A stretch of DNA of 64,000 bases from an uncultured Reyranella sp. (GCA_937919085.1 CALFRN010000045.1:435-64434); one strand, 5' to 3'. Positions 38,841 through 48,200 are shown, counted from the first letter of the stretch. The notes: generated from the sequence alone by a model not told the origin. Program-made: numbers and translations.

Positions 38841-39908
38841 ATGGCCAAGCACAAGATCGCGCTTATTCCGGGGGACGGAATCGGCAAGGAAGTCCTGCCG
38901 GAGGGCGTACGCGTGCTGGAGGCCGCCGGACGCCGCTTCGGCTTCGAGCTGGAATTCACCGATTTCGACTGGTCCTGTGACCGCTTCGCCAAGACCGGCA
39001 AGATGATGCCGGACGACGGCATGGAGCAGCTAAAAGCCTTCGAGAGCATCTTCCTGGGCGCCGTCGGCTGGCCGGGCGTGCCCGATCACGTCTCGCTGTG
39101 GGGCCTGTTGATCCCGATCCGCCGCGAATTCGACGAGTACGTGAACCTGCGGCCTGTTCGCCTGTTCGAAGGCGTGCCGTCGCCGCTGGCCAACCGCAAG
39201 CCGGGCGATATCGATTTCTGGGTCGTGCGTGAGAACACCGAAGGCGAGTACAGTTCGGTCGGCGGCCGCATGTTCCAGGGCACCGACGACGAGATGGCCA
39301 TTCAGCAGGCGATCTTCACCCGCAAGGGCGTCGACCGCGTCCTGAAATTCGCGTTCGAGTTCGCCAGCACCACGAAGAAGAAGCACGTCACCTCGGCCAC
39401 CAAGTCGAACGGCATCATCCACACCATGCCGTTCTGGGACGAGCGCTTCGACGCGATGCGCAAGAAGTATCCGAACATCAAGGCCGACCAGTATCACATC
39501 GACATCCTGACGGCGCATTTCGTGCGCAACCCGGACTGGTTCGACGTCGTGGTCGGCTCCAACCTGTTCGGCGACATTCTTTCCGACCTTGGCCCCGCGC
39601 TCACCGGTTCGATCGGTGTGGCGCCGTCGGGCAACATCAACCCGGAGCGCAAGTTCCCTTCGATGTTCGAGCCCGTGCACGGTTCGGCACCCGACATCGC
39701 GGGCAAGGGTATCGCCAACCCGATCGGCATGATCTGGTCGGGCGCGATGATGGTGCGGCACCTGGGCTACCCCGAGGCGGCCGAAGCCATCGAGCGCGCG
39801 ATCGCGGCGTCACTGGTCGAGGGCGGCCCGCGCACCAAGGACCTGGGCGGCAACGGCGACACCAGGACCGTGGGGGCTGCCATCGAGCAACTGGTGAAGA
39901 CGGCCTAG
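38841..39908 (+). CDS. Tartrate dehydrogenase / D-malate dehydrogenase (decarboxylating)
   Basis: IPGDGIGKEV, RENTEGEYS, SNLFGDILSD and FEPVHGSAPDIAG motifs; SD AGGAGAGG. Confidence 0.92.
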   Translation: MAKHKIALIPGDGIGKEVLPEGVRVLEAAGRRFGFELEFTDFDWSCDRFAKTGKMMPDDGMEQLKAFESIFLGAVGWPGVPDHVSLWGLLIPIRREFDEYVNLRPVRLFEGVPSPLANRKPGDIDFWVVRENTEGEYSSVGGRMFQGTDDEMAIQQAIFTRKGVDRVLKFAFEFASTTKKKHVTSATKSNGIIHTMPFWDERFDAMRKKYPNIKADQYHIDILTAHFVRNPDWFDVVVGSNLFGDILSDLGPALTGSIGVAPSGNINPERKFPSMFEPVHGSAPDIAGKGIANPIGMIWSGAMMVRHLGYPEAAEAIERAIAASLVEGGPRTKDLGGNGDTRTVGAAIEQLVKTA

Positions 39909-39943
39909 CACCGTCCACTTCGGCACCTGCTCCTTTGGCGCGT

Positions 39944-39987
39944 CTACTTCAGCGCTGTCCTACTTCAGCGCTGTCCTACTTCAGCGC
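39944..39987. repeat. 16-bp tandem repeat (CTACTTCAGCGCTGTC x2.75)
   Basis: Units start at 39944, 39960 and 39976; the last unit is the final three codons plus stop of the DUF4202 gene. Confidence 0.95.
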
Positions 39988-40575
39988 CATGTCGATGAGG
40001 CGGGAGGTCGACGCGGGCAGGGGAAGCGCGAGCGCCGCGGCGTGGCCGGTCGCATCCATCTTGCGCAGCGTCTTCTTCAGGATGTCGGCGAGCTTGGCGT
40101 CGTCATAGTCTTTGTGTTTGGCCACGAACGCATCCAGGTAGTGCTGGATGAATACCACGGCCACGATGTTCTCGAGCGCCTGGCTCTCGGGATCGCGCTT
40201 GAGCTGCTCTTTGCGGATGATCTTGATCACTTGCGCGATCTCGTCGTCGGCGTAGCCGTGGCGGCGCATGATCGCGGATGTAAGGTCAGCGTGATGCGCC
40301 CGGCAGGCGGCCCGCCACGCGTTGTAGCCTTCACGGCCGAGCGGATACTTATTCCGGGGAATTTGCCAGCGGCAGATGTGCTGGGCGCGGGCGGCAATGC
40401 GCAGGGCTTCCGAAGCTTCCGGATAGAGTAGCGGCAGGCATTCCGACATCCGCTCCGAATAAACGACCTCGCGCGGTCGAAGCGTGCCGGCCACGCTATC
40501 CTGCCGCGGATCCTGCGCGTTGGCGCCGTCGATCTCCGTGATGACGGCCTGGAAGCGGGAGGAATGGGGAATCAC
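39976..40575 (-). CDS. DUF4202-family protein
   Basis: ID.AN..DP, AARAQHI.RW.IPR..YP.GR.GY..WR and K.LRKM motifs. GTG start at 40575 is inferred. Confidence 0.88.
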   Translation of the reverse strand: MIPHSSRFQAVITEIDGANAQDPRQDSVAGTLRPREVVYSERMSECLPLLYPEASEALRIAARAQHICRWQIPRNKYPLGREGYNAWRAACRAHHADLTSAIMRRHGYADDEIAQVIKIIRKEQLKRDPESQALENIVAVVFIQHYLDAFVAKHKDYDDAKLADILKKTLRKMDATGHAAALALPLPASTSRLIDMALK

Positions 40576-40616
40576 GACACTCTCATAGGATCGTCCCGCG
40601 GCGAGGCAAAGAGGCA

Positions 40617-40832
40617 ATTGACGGCGTGCTTGAGAAGGCCGTGCAACCCGATCCCTACAAGCGCTACGAGGCCCACTCCGAATTCATGTACGACCTGCGC
40701 CACCCAAGTGCGGAGTTCCTCAGGGCCTCGCCGGCACCGCGGCTGGAGAGGAATCCGCCGTTGTTCTGGAAGGGGCTCTCGTTCTTCCTGGCCAGCGCGG
40801 TTCTGTTCCTGCTCGCCTATCCCTTACGCTAG
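40617..40832 (+). pseudogene. C-terminal remnant of a bifunctional PP2C-Ser/Thr protein kinase gene
   Basis: IDGVLEKAVQPDPYKRYEAHSEFMYDLRHP..EF....P..ERNP..FWKG.S + TM matches my recollection of the end of that family (kinase subdomain XI and membrane tail). Subdomains I-X are absent. Confidence 0.7.
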
Positions 40833-40840
40833 CCCGGCCC

Positions 40841-41890
40841 CTATCCGGCACCGCGCAACTCGTCGAAGCGGACGGTGAGGGCTCGCCGGACATCGCCCTG
40901 GACGTCGCGCAACGCCAGCGTCAAGCGGCGCTCCGGCCAGCCGATGTCGAGCGTGCCGAAATTCTCGGCCGCCAGCAGATCGCCGACCCGGTTGGGACCG
41001 GGTTCCCTGGCGGTGGCGTAGACCTTGTTCAGTCCGCTCGAGGTGACTTCCAGGAGCGGATAGAGGCCCTGCGGCGGCTCGCGATAAAGCGCGCCGATGT
41101 GACGGTCACCGGACAGGAAGACGACACCGTTCGCCCCCGCGGCGCGTATCGTGTCGACCATCTTCTGGCGTTCGAGCGGAAAGTTGCCCCAGCGCTCCCA
41201 TCCGTGTCCCTCGGCCAGGACTTGGGTGCTCGACACGATCAGGCGCAGTTCGGCGGGTTTGCGTAATTCCTCGCCGAGCCAGCGCCACTGGATGTCGCCC
41301 AGCATCGTCTTGGCGGGATCCGGATCGGGGAGGTAGCGTTGCTTGCCGGGCGCGCCGCGCTTGTCGGTGGGCTTGAGCGGCGAGCGGAACCAGCGGACGT
41401 CGAGGAGGATGATCTGCAGCCTCATGCCCGGGGGACCGATGATCTGCGACGTGTAGATGCCGTCGCGCGTGCGCCTGATGTCGGTGGCGGGGACCTTCCA
41501 GAACTTCAAGAACTCGTCCTTGGCGACCGCCTTGTAGGGAAAGTCGGCGCCACCGTCGTTCTTCCCATAGTCGTGATCGTCCCAGACCGCGAGGTGAGGA
41601 ACGGTCTCGCGCAGCTTGGTGTATCCCGGAATTTCCCCGGCCGCTTGGTAGGCGCTCTTGAGCTTGGCGGCGTCGGCGCCCTTGAAGTCGCCATAGACAT
41701 TGTCACCCATGAAGATGAAAAGGTCGGGCCGCCACGCGTGAACGGCGTCCCAGATCGGCTGTGGTTGGGCCTGGTCGGCGCACGAGCCGAAGGCGATGCG
41801 CGACGGCGGCCGGCGGTCCTGCGCCGCCGTGGAGACCGGGGCGAGTGCAGCAGTGGCGAGGAGGCGGGTGATCGTGCGACGACGGAACAT
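40841..41890 (-). CDS. PhoD-family alkaline phosphatase/phosphodiesterase with Tat-like signal
   Basis: MFRRRT N-terminus; IAFGSC, MGDNVYGD, WDDHDYG and LSGDRH motifs. Confidence 0.93.
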   Translation of the reverse strand: MFRRRTITRLLATAALAPVSTAAQDRRPPSRIAFGSCADQAQPQPIWDAVHAWRPDLFIFMGDNVYGDFKGADAAKLKSAYQAAGEIPGYTKLRETVPHLAVWDDHDYGKNDGGADFPYKAVAKDEFLKFWKVPATDIRRTRDGIYTSQIIGPPGMRLQIILLDVRWFRSPLKPTDKRGAPGKQRYLPDPDPAKTMLGDIQWRWLGEELRKPAELRLIVSSTQVLAEGHGWERWGNFPLERQKMVDTIRAAGANGVVFLSGDRHIGALYREPPQGLYPLLEVTSSGLNKVYATAREPGPNRVGDLLAAENFGTLDIGWPERRLTLALRDVQGDVRRALTVRFDELRGAG

Positions 41891-41935
41891 CTTGGACACC
41901 GAATAGCCAGTATTCCGGGTGTAGATGTCGGTCTG

Positions 41936-42445
41936 ATGAAACACCACCTCAAACGCGCCCTCGAGCTGGCCTTCGTGCCGGTGGCAGCGGCGATCGTCTT
42001 CTTCGAAGAGGTCTTGCTGCGCTACCTCGGCGCCGCAATGGCGGCGTTTGCGCGGCTGCCCGCGGTCGCGCGCCTTGAGCGCTGGCTGGCCGGTCTGCCG
42101 CCGTGGGCCGCGCTTATCGCCTTCGTGGCGCCTTCGACCCTGGTCCTGCCGGTAAAACTGGCCGCCGTGTTCTTTGCGCTGCAGGGCCGGTTCGGGCTGG
42201 CGGCAGCCAGCATCGCCTTGGGTAAGGTCGTGGCGACGGCATTGCTGGCCCGGCTTTACCTGGTGCTGCGGCCGACCCTGGTGACGATGCCATGGTTCTT
42301 GCGGACCGAGACCTGGCTCTTTAGGTGGCGCGACAGGCTCTATGCATTCGTCCGCGCCCTGCCGGCTTGGCAGGCGGCCGTTGCGATGATGCGCCGGATG
42401 CGCGTCTGGCTGGCGGAATTGGTTTCCGGGGCGTCGCCGCGCTAG
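41936..42445 (+). CDS. Hypothetical membrane protein
   Basis: Hydrophobic 169-aa ORF with typical codon usage (AL..F..P...LLPVKLAA...K...TA..ARL). Confidence 0.8.
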   Translation: MKHHLKRALELAFVPVAAAIVFFEEVLLRYLGAAMAAFARLPAVARLERWLAGLPPWAALIAFVAPSTLVLPVKLAAVFFALQGRFGLAAASIALGKVVATALLARLYLVLRPTLVTMPWFLRTETWLFRWRDRLYAFVRALPAWQAAVAMMRRMRVWLAELVSGASPR

Positions 42446-42453
42446 GATGCGCC

Positions 42454-43293
42454 ATGCTTGAAATTGTCTCATCGAAAGGCGCCTTGGGCGCCCGTATCGA
42501 AGGCCTCGACCGTACCAAAGCCAACGAGCCGGAACTGGCCGCGACGCTGAACCGGGCGCTGGCCGAGCACCTGCTGGTCGTGGTCCCGGGCGATCCCATG
42601 ACGCCGGCCCAGACCCGCGATTTCGCGGCGGCCTTCGGCAGGCCGCAGACGCAGCTGCTGCGCTACAAGCGCAGTGGCGACGTGCCGGAAGTCTCGGTGA
42701 TGGTCAGCACCCTGATGACCGACGGCACCACCGACAAGACCGCGCTTCGGGCCGAGGACTGGCACACCGACGATTCGTACTTCGCCATCCCGGCCAAGGC
42801 GACGCTGTTGCACAGCATCGAGATCCCGAGCCATGGTGGCTCGACCTGGTTCTGCAACATGCACTCGGTCTACGAGGCGCTGCCCGAGGCGACGAAGAAG
42901 CGGATCGACGGCAAGCGCGCGATCCATGGCTACGACACGCCGCGCGCCCGCAACCGGCCGTCGCCGCGCACGCCGGCGGAGATCGCCGAGACGCCCGACG
43001 TCGAACATCCGCTGGTGCGGACCCATCCCGAGACCGGCCGCAAGGCACTCTACCTCAATCCCAACCGGCTCGACCGCATCGTCGGCATGGAGCGGGCCGA
43101 AAGCGACGCCCTGCTCGACGAACTGGCCGACGAGGCGCGCAAGCCCCGGCACCATTTCGGCCATGTCTGGGAGCGGGGCGACATCGTGGTGTGGGACAAC
43201 CGCGCCACCATGCACCGGGTGATGATCGACTATCCCGTGGGCGAGATGCGCATCATGCAGCGCGTGCTGATCGAGGGCGACCGGCCGGTCTGA
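42454..43293 (+). CDS. TauD/TfdA family Fe(II)/2OG dioxygenase
   Basis: GARIEGLD, WHTD, GG.T.F, HPLVRTHPETGRKALY and WDNR..MHR motifs. Confidence 0.95.
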   Translation: MLEIVSSKGALGARIEGLDRTKANEPELAATLNRALAEHLLVVVPGDPMTPAQTRDFAAAFGRPQTQLLRYKRSGDVPEVSVMVSTLMTDGTTDKTALRAEDWHTDDSYFAIPAKATLLHSIEIPSHGGSTWFCNMHSVYEALPEATKKRIDGKRAIHGYDTPRARNRPSPRTPAEIAETPDVEHPLVRTHPETGRKALYLNPNRLDRIVGMERAESDALLDELADEARKPRHHFGHVWERGDIVVWDNRATMHRVMIDYPVGEMRIMQRVLIEGDRPV

Positions 43294-43639
43294 CAGGCGC
43301 CCGATCCGGCGGTGCCTCCGCGCTCGGCGGCGCAAGCGCGCCGTAACAAGAACAACTCTTGGCGACAGGTTCGCGGATTTGGTGATGCCAAACCCGCCCA
43401 TGACGCTGTCCACGCAGGGCGCGGACTTCATAAAGAGCTTTTGTGGCTCTGAATGTCCCTCGCGGGACGATGATGCAAAGGGCTGAGACACGGAGGTCCA
43501 CACGCCGCAGCGACCTGACCCGTTGCCGAAATGGGTGCTGCGGCTGCCGCTGAGCACGTGGTGGCGGTTGTTGGCGTCCGGAGCATGGCAGGAAAGCAGA
43601 ACTGGATTCACAGGTCGAACAGGAGTTTCCCTATATTCC

Positions 43640-43800
43640 TGATATCCTTGTCGTTTCGTGAATCTAAGGCCCAGGCCGCCCGGTCCAAGTACCTGGAGCG
43701 GCCGTTTTGGGCCGATCATCATAGCCAGCGCTTCCCAAAGACCCCGACCGCGGCAGCGGCGATCCCACGTTCGGGATCGCGCGATCGCTGCTGTCTGGTG
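43640..43800 (+). ncRNA. Candidate structured non-coding RNA
   Basis: TTCACA-N18-CTATAT (43607-43636) is followed by a long hairpin (43668-43713) and a second hairpin (43759-43780); no credible ORF. Confidence 0.3.
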
Positions 43801-44055
43801 CTGGCCCGAACCTTTGGCCATGCCCCGCCCGGCGCGCCCGCCGGGTCAACTCCTTCGAGGACAAGGGGCCGTCCCGCGGTCTTGAGCCGTGAGTAGCAAG
43901 CAAAGGCTGCCCCCGCCGACGATCCGTCCGGCAGTGGGGTGGACCGAGGTGCGAAGAACGCATCCGAGAACTGAGGTGTGACGGTCGTCTGCGGCCGCCC
44001 GAGGCGGGGCCGCAGGGTCGGATTCTGCTCGATGCCACAGGTGGGCGCTCAGCCT

Positions 44056-44104
44056 GTGTCACAACATTTGTCTCAACTTGGTGTGACACCTTGGGGTGTG
44101 ACAC
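44056..44104. repeat. GGTGTGACAC direct repeats plus an inverted copy
   Basis: GTGTCACA (44056-63) is inverted to TGTGACAC (44082-89); GGTGTGACAC occurs at 44080 and 44095; GGTGTGAC also occurs near 43975. Confidence 0.8.
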
Positions 44105-44114
44105 GGCTGGTCCG

Positions 44115-45323
44115 CTATCCGGCGGCAGCACCCGCGGCCAGCAGGTCGTCGATCTCGGCTGCGGCGTAGCCGGCCTCGCCGAGCACCTCGCGGGTGTGTT
44201 CGCCCAGCCGTGGCGCGTGGGTCTCGATGGGCCGCGCGCCGCCGGAGAACAAGTTGGCGCGCTTGGTGCGGCGGATGCGGCCCTCGCTCGGGTGGTCTTC
44301 GGGCTGGAAGAAGCCGACGTCGGCCAGGTGCGGATCGGTGAGCAGGTCGTCGATCGAATTGTAGCGGGCGGCCGGCACGTCGGCCTTGTCGAATATTTCC
44401 AGCCACTCTTCCGTCGTCTTCTGGGCAAGGCCAGCTTTGCGGACCTCGAAGTAGGCGGCGGCATTGGCGGTGCGGGCGGCGGCGCTCTCGAAACGCGGGT
44501 CGGTCTTGAGTTCCGGCCGGCCGATGGCGTCGAAGAAGGCGAAAGCCTGCGGGTTGGTGTTGGGGCCGACGGTGATGTAGCCGTCGCTGGTCGGCAGCGG
44601 CCGGTAGTCGGGGCTGAGCAGGCGGCCGTCGCCGGTCGGGCCGACCGGCGGGTCGAAGGTGGCGGCACCCAGGTGCTCGCTGGTCACGAACGAGGTCATG
44701 TTCTCCAGCATCGGCACATCGATCGCCTCGCCGCGGCCGGTCTTTTCGCGCCTGTAGAGCGCGAAGCCGATGCATTGGGCGGCGATCAGCCCGGTGGTGT
44801 GGTCGCTCATCACCATGGGCACGAAGCGCGGCTCGCCGGTGGCGCGCGCCAGCGTGCCGGCGACGCCGGACAGGCTCTGCACGATCGGGTCGTAGGCGGG
44901 GCGGTTGTAGTAACGGCCGCCGCGGCCGAAGGCCAGGATCGAACAGTGGATCAGCCGCGGATTGGCGGCGGCGAGGCTTTTGTGGTCGAGGCCGGCGCGG
45001 GCCAGCGCCTCGGGCCGGACGTTGCTTACGAACACGTCGGCCTTGGCGATCAGGCGGAGCAGGGCGGCCAGCCCGCCGGGCTTCTTGAGGTCGAGGACGA
45101 TCGAGCGCTTGTTGCGGTTAAAGTTGATGAACTTGCCCGACATGCCGGGGTTGCGGTTGCCCTGCGCCATGGTGCGCAGCAAATCGCCGCCGGGCGCCTC
45201 GACCTTGATGACCTCGGCACCATAGTCGGCCAAGGTCCGCGTGCAGATCGGGCCGACGACGACGGTGGTGAGGTCGACGACGCGCACGCCGTCGAGCGGT
45301 CCGCCGCTCGTGGCTGCGGTCAT
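44115..45323 (-). CDS. Family III CoA-transferase (CaiB/BaiF)
   Basis: PLDGVRVVDLT, GAEVIKVE..GGD, NRNKRSIVLDLK and APRLGEHT motifs. Confidence 0.95.
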   Translation of the reverse strand: MTAATSGGPLDGVRVVDLTTVVVGPICTRTLADYGAEVIKVEAPGGDLLRTMAQGNRNPGMSGKFINFNRNKRSIVLDLKKPGGLAALLRLIAKADVFVSNVRPEALARAGLDHKSLAAANPRLIHCSILAFGRGGRYYNRPAYDPIVQSLSGVAGTLARATGEPRFVPMVMSDHTTGLIAAQCIGFALYRREKTGRGEAIDVPMLENMTSFVTSEHLGAATFDPPVGPTGDGRLLSPDYRPLPTSDGYITVGPNTNPQAFAFFDAIGRPELKTDPRFESAAARTANAAAYFEVRKAGLAQKTTEEWLEIFDKADVPAARYNSIDDLLTDPHLADVGFFQPEDHPSEGRIRRTKRANLFSGGARPIETHAPRLGEHTREVLGEAGYAAAEIDDLLAAGAAAG

Positions 45324-46189
45324 GGGGCGAACTCCAGCTCCATCTCGCCGCACAACGTACCATTCCTGTCGGCCGCCCAGATCCTGAGCTTGCCGTCCTT
45401 CTGCGCCTCGCCGCGTACCTCGATCAGCTCGCCGACCCAGAGCGGGTGAACGAGGCGGGCGGTGTAGCGGGTGAGCGTGCCGGTGCCGTGGCGGAGCGCG
45501 GCATCGACCATGAGATGCATGGAGAGACCGCCGTTGGAGACCAGCGCCGGATAGCCTTCTTCGCTGCGCGTATAGTCGCCGTCGTAGTGGATGCGATGGG
45601 CGTTCCACGTCATTGCGGAATAGCGGAAGTTGAGGGCGTTGGTGAGTGCCGTTGTCTCGATCCAGGCATGATCCGTACGAGCCCGGGTGGCGACCGTGGC
45701 CGTCGTCTTCTGGCCGGGCGGCACGGCGGGCCGGTAGATCGCGTCGAAAGTGTCGACGGCGACGGTCTGGCCGGCCTGCTCGATGGTGTGGCGCATCGTA
45801 AGCACGAAGATGTCGCCCGAGCGGCCACTTTTGGGGACGATATCGGCCACCTCGGCCTTCTTGATCGCCGGTTCCCCGGCGCGGAGCGACGCCATGATCT
45901 CCACACGGCGACCGGCGCCCATGCGGCGCGGCATCGGGATCGGCGGCAGCACGATGCCCTTGTTGGGATGGCCGTCGGGGCCGATGTCGCTCTGGCGCAC
46001 GGTTTCGGTGAAGAACAGCGTGAACCAGTGCGGCGGCAGCTCGCTGCCGGGCTTGAATGCCTCAGGGTCGAGGTCGAACGCGCCGGCGGCACGCCGCACC
46101 GCCATCAGGCCGATATCGTCCTCGACAACCCGGACGCGCCCGATCCAGGGGCGCAGGTCGTCCATCGCCTTGTCCATCCAGCCCGTCAT
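45320..46189 (-). CDS. Double-hotdog (FAS1-like/MaoC-N) acyl-CoA hydratase, itaconyl/mesaconyl-CoA hydratase-like
   Basis: WIGR, DGHP.KG..LPP.P.PRRM, KSGRSG and FRYSA.T.N.HRIHYD motifs; ATGA overlap with the CoA-transferase. Confidence 0.87.
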   Translation of the reverse strand: MTGWMDKAMDDLRPWIGRVRVVEDDIGLMAVRRAAGAFDLDPEAFKPGSELPPHWFTLFFTETVRQSDIGPDGHPNKGIVLPPIPMPRRMGAGRRVEIMASLRAGEPAIKKAEVADIVPKSGRSGDIFVLTMRHTIEQAGQTVAVDTFDAIYRPAVPPGQKTTATVATRARTDHAWIETTALTNALNFRYSAMTWNAHRIHYDGDYTRSEEGYPALVSNGGLSMHLMVDAALRHGTGTLTRYTARLVHPLWVGELIEVRGEAQKDGKLRIWAADRNGTLCGEMELEFAP

Positions 46190-46227
46190 GTCCCGTTCCC
46201 TCGATTGTGGCGGCGTCATCCTCCAAC

Positions 46228-46257
46228 AAAAGAAGGGCCCGCAACAGCGGGCCCTTC
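46228..46257 (-). terminator. Rho-independent terminator of glnA
   Basis: 11-bp perfect stem GAAGGGCCCGC/GCGGGCCCTTC followed by a T tract on the minus strand. Confidence 0.85.
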
Positions 46258-46278
46258 CGTCGTTCGAAAGAATGCGGA

Positions 46279-47685
46279 TCAGATCGAGTAGTACATCTTG
46301 TACTCGACCGGCGCCGGCTGGTGTTCCCAGTTGTAGACCTCTTCCCACTTGAGCTCCATGTAGGCGTCGATCTGGTCGTCGGTGAACACGCCGCCCTTGG
46401 TGAGGAAGGTGCGGTCGGCGTCAAGCGAGTTGAGCGCCTCGCGTAGCGAGCCGGCAACGGTTGGAACCTTGGTCAGCTCTTCCGGCGGCAGGTCGTAGAG
46501 GTTCTTGTCCATCGGGTCGCCCGGATGGATCTTGTTCTGGATGCCGTCGAGGCCGGCCATCAGCATCGCCGAGAAGGCGAGGTAGGGATTGGCCGACGGA
46601 TCGGGGAAGCGGACCTCCACGCGCTTGCCGGCGGGCGAGGACGCGTAGGGAATGCGGCATGACGCCGAGCGGTTGCGCGACGAATAGGCCAGAAGCACCG
46701 GCGCCTCGAAGTGCGGGATCACGCGCTTGTAGGAGTTGGTACTGGCGTTGCAGAAGGCATTCAGGGCCTTGGCGTGCTTGATGATGCCGCCGATGTAGTA
46801 GAGCGCCGTCTCGGAGAGGTCGGCGTAGCCCGAACCCGCGAACAGCGGCTTCTTGTCCTTCCAGATCGACTGGTGGGTGTGCATGCCCGATCCGTTGTCG
46901 CCGTAGATGGGCTTCGGCATGAAGGTCAGCGTCTTGCCATAGCTGTGGGCGACGTTGTGCAGCGTGTACTTGTACTTCTGCACGTTGTCGGCGGTCTTCA
47001 CGAGCGTGTCGAAGCGGAAGCCGAGCTCGTTCTGGGCCGGCGCCACCTCATGGTGGTGGATTTCCATGATCAGGCCCATGTCGGTCGCGACCGACATCAT
47101 CTCGGCGCGCAGGTCGTTCATCGAATCGACCGGCTGGACCGGGAAGTAGCCGCCCTTGACGCCGGGGCGGTGGCCCATGTTGCCGCCTTCGAACTCGGCG
47201 CCGGTGTTCCACGGCGACTCGCTCGAATTGACCTTGAAGAAGCTGCCCGACATCTGCACGTCGAAGCGAACGTCGTCGAACACGAAGAACTCGAGCTCGG
47301 GGCCGAACACGGCGGTGTCGCCGACACCGGACGACTTGAGGAAGGCCTCGGCGCGTTTGGCGGTCGAGCGCGGGCAGCGCGCGTAAAGCTGGCCGGTCGA
47401 GGGCTCGACGACGTCGCAATTGACGATCAATGTCGTCTGGGCGGCGAAGGGATCGAGCACGGCAGTTGCAGGATCCGGCATCAGGATCATGTCCGACTCA
47501 TTGATGGCCTTCCAGCCGGCGATCGACGAACCGTCGAACATGACGCCGTCGGCGAAGGTGCCTTCGTCCGTGACGGAGGCCATGCGGGCGGTGTGCTGCC
47601 ACTTGCCGCGAGGGTCGGTGAAGCGGAAGTCAACGAACTTGACGTCCTTTTCCTTCATCATCGCGAGAACCTGTTTGGCGTCCAT
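46279..47685 (-). CDS. glnA: Glutamine synthetase type I
   Basis: [33 protein letters not shown] and adenylylation-site NLYDLPPEE motifs. Confidence 0.99.
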   Translation of the reverse strand: MDAKQVLAMMKEKDVKFVDFRFTDPRGKWQHTARMASVTDEGTFADGVMFDGSSIAGWKAINESDMILMPDPATAVLDPFAAQTTLIVNCDVVEPSTGQLYARCPRSTAKRAEAFLKSSGVGDTAVFGPELEFFVFDDVRFDVQMSGSFFKVNSSESPWNTGAEFEGGNMGHRPGVKGGYFPVQPVDSMNDLRAEMMSVATDMGLIMEIHHHEVAPAQNELGFRFDTLVKTADNVQKYKYTLHNVAHSYGKTLTFMPKPIYGDNGSGMHTHQSIWKDKKPLFAGSGYADLSETALYYIGGIIKHAKALNAFCNASTNSYKRVIPHFEAPVLLAYSSRNRSASCRIPYASSPAGKRVEVRFPDPSANPYLAFSAMLMAGLDGIQNKIHPGDPMDKNLYDLPPEELTKVPTVAGSLREALNSLDADRTFLTKGGVFTDDQIDAYMELKWEEVYNWEHQPAPVEYKMYYSI

Positions 47686-47738
47686 TTGTCGTTCGTCCCT
47701 CTCTTGTGGTTGACACTACTCTACGCCAGCGGCGTTGG

Positions 47739-48164
<426 letters not shown>

Positions 48165-48200
48165 TTAACAATTGGGATGGGAGATACTCTTTGTTCAATT

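Noticed and set aside
39944-39987. Tandem repeat as a mini CRISPR array
   Set aside because: 16-bp units with identical 4-bp linkers, no unique spacers and no cas genes.
43531-43896. ORFs of 121 aa and 75 aa in the 43.5-43.9 kb gap as real genes
   Set aside because: No SD, atypical composition, no motifs, and they run through strong hairpins.
43900-43920. CTGCCCCCGC resembling the cobalamin riboswitch core
   Set aside because: The following AACTGT and the upstream GGGAA..CGGTG elements are missing, and no B12-related gene lies downstream.
44056-44104. TGTCAC/TGTCTC repeats as a Pho box or CRP site
   Set aside because: The period is 12 or 15 bp rather than 11, the orientation and spacing do not fit TGTGA-N6-TCACA, and the site lies at a gene 3' end.
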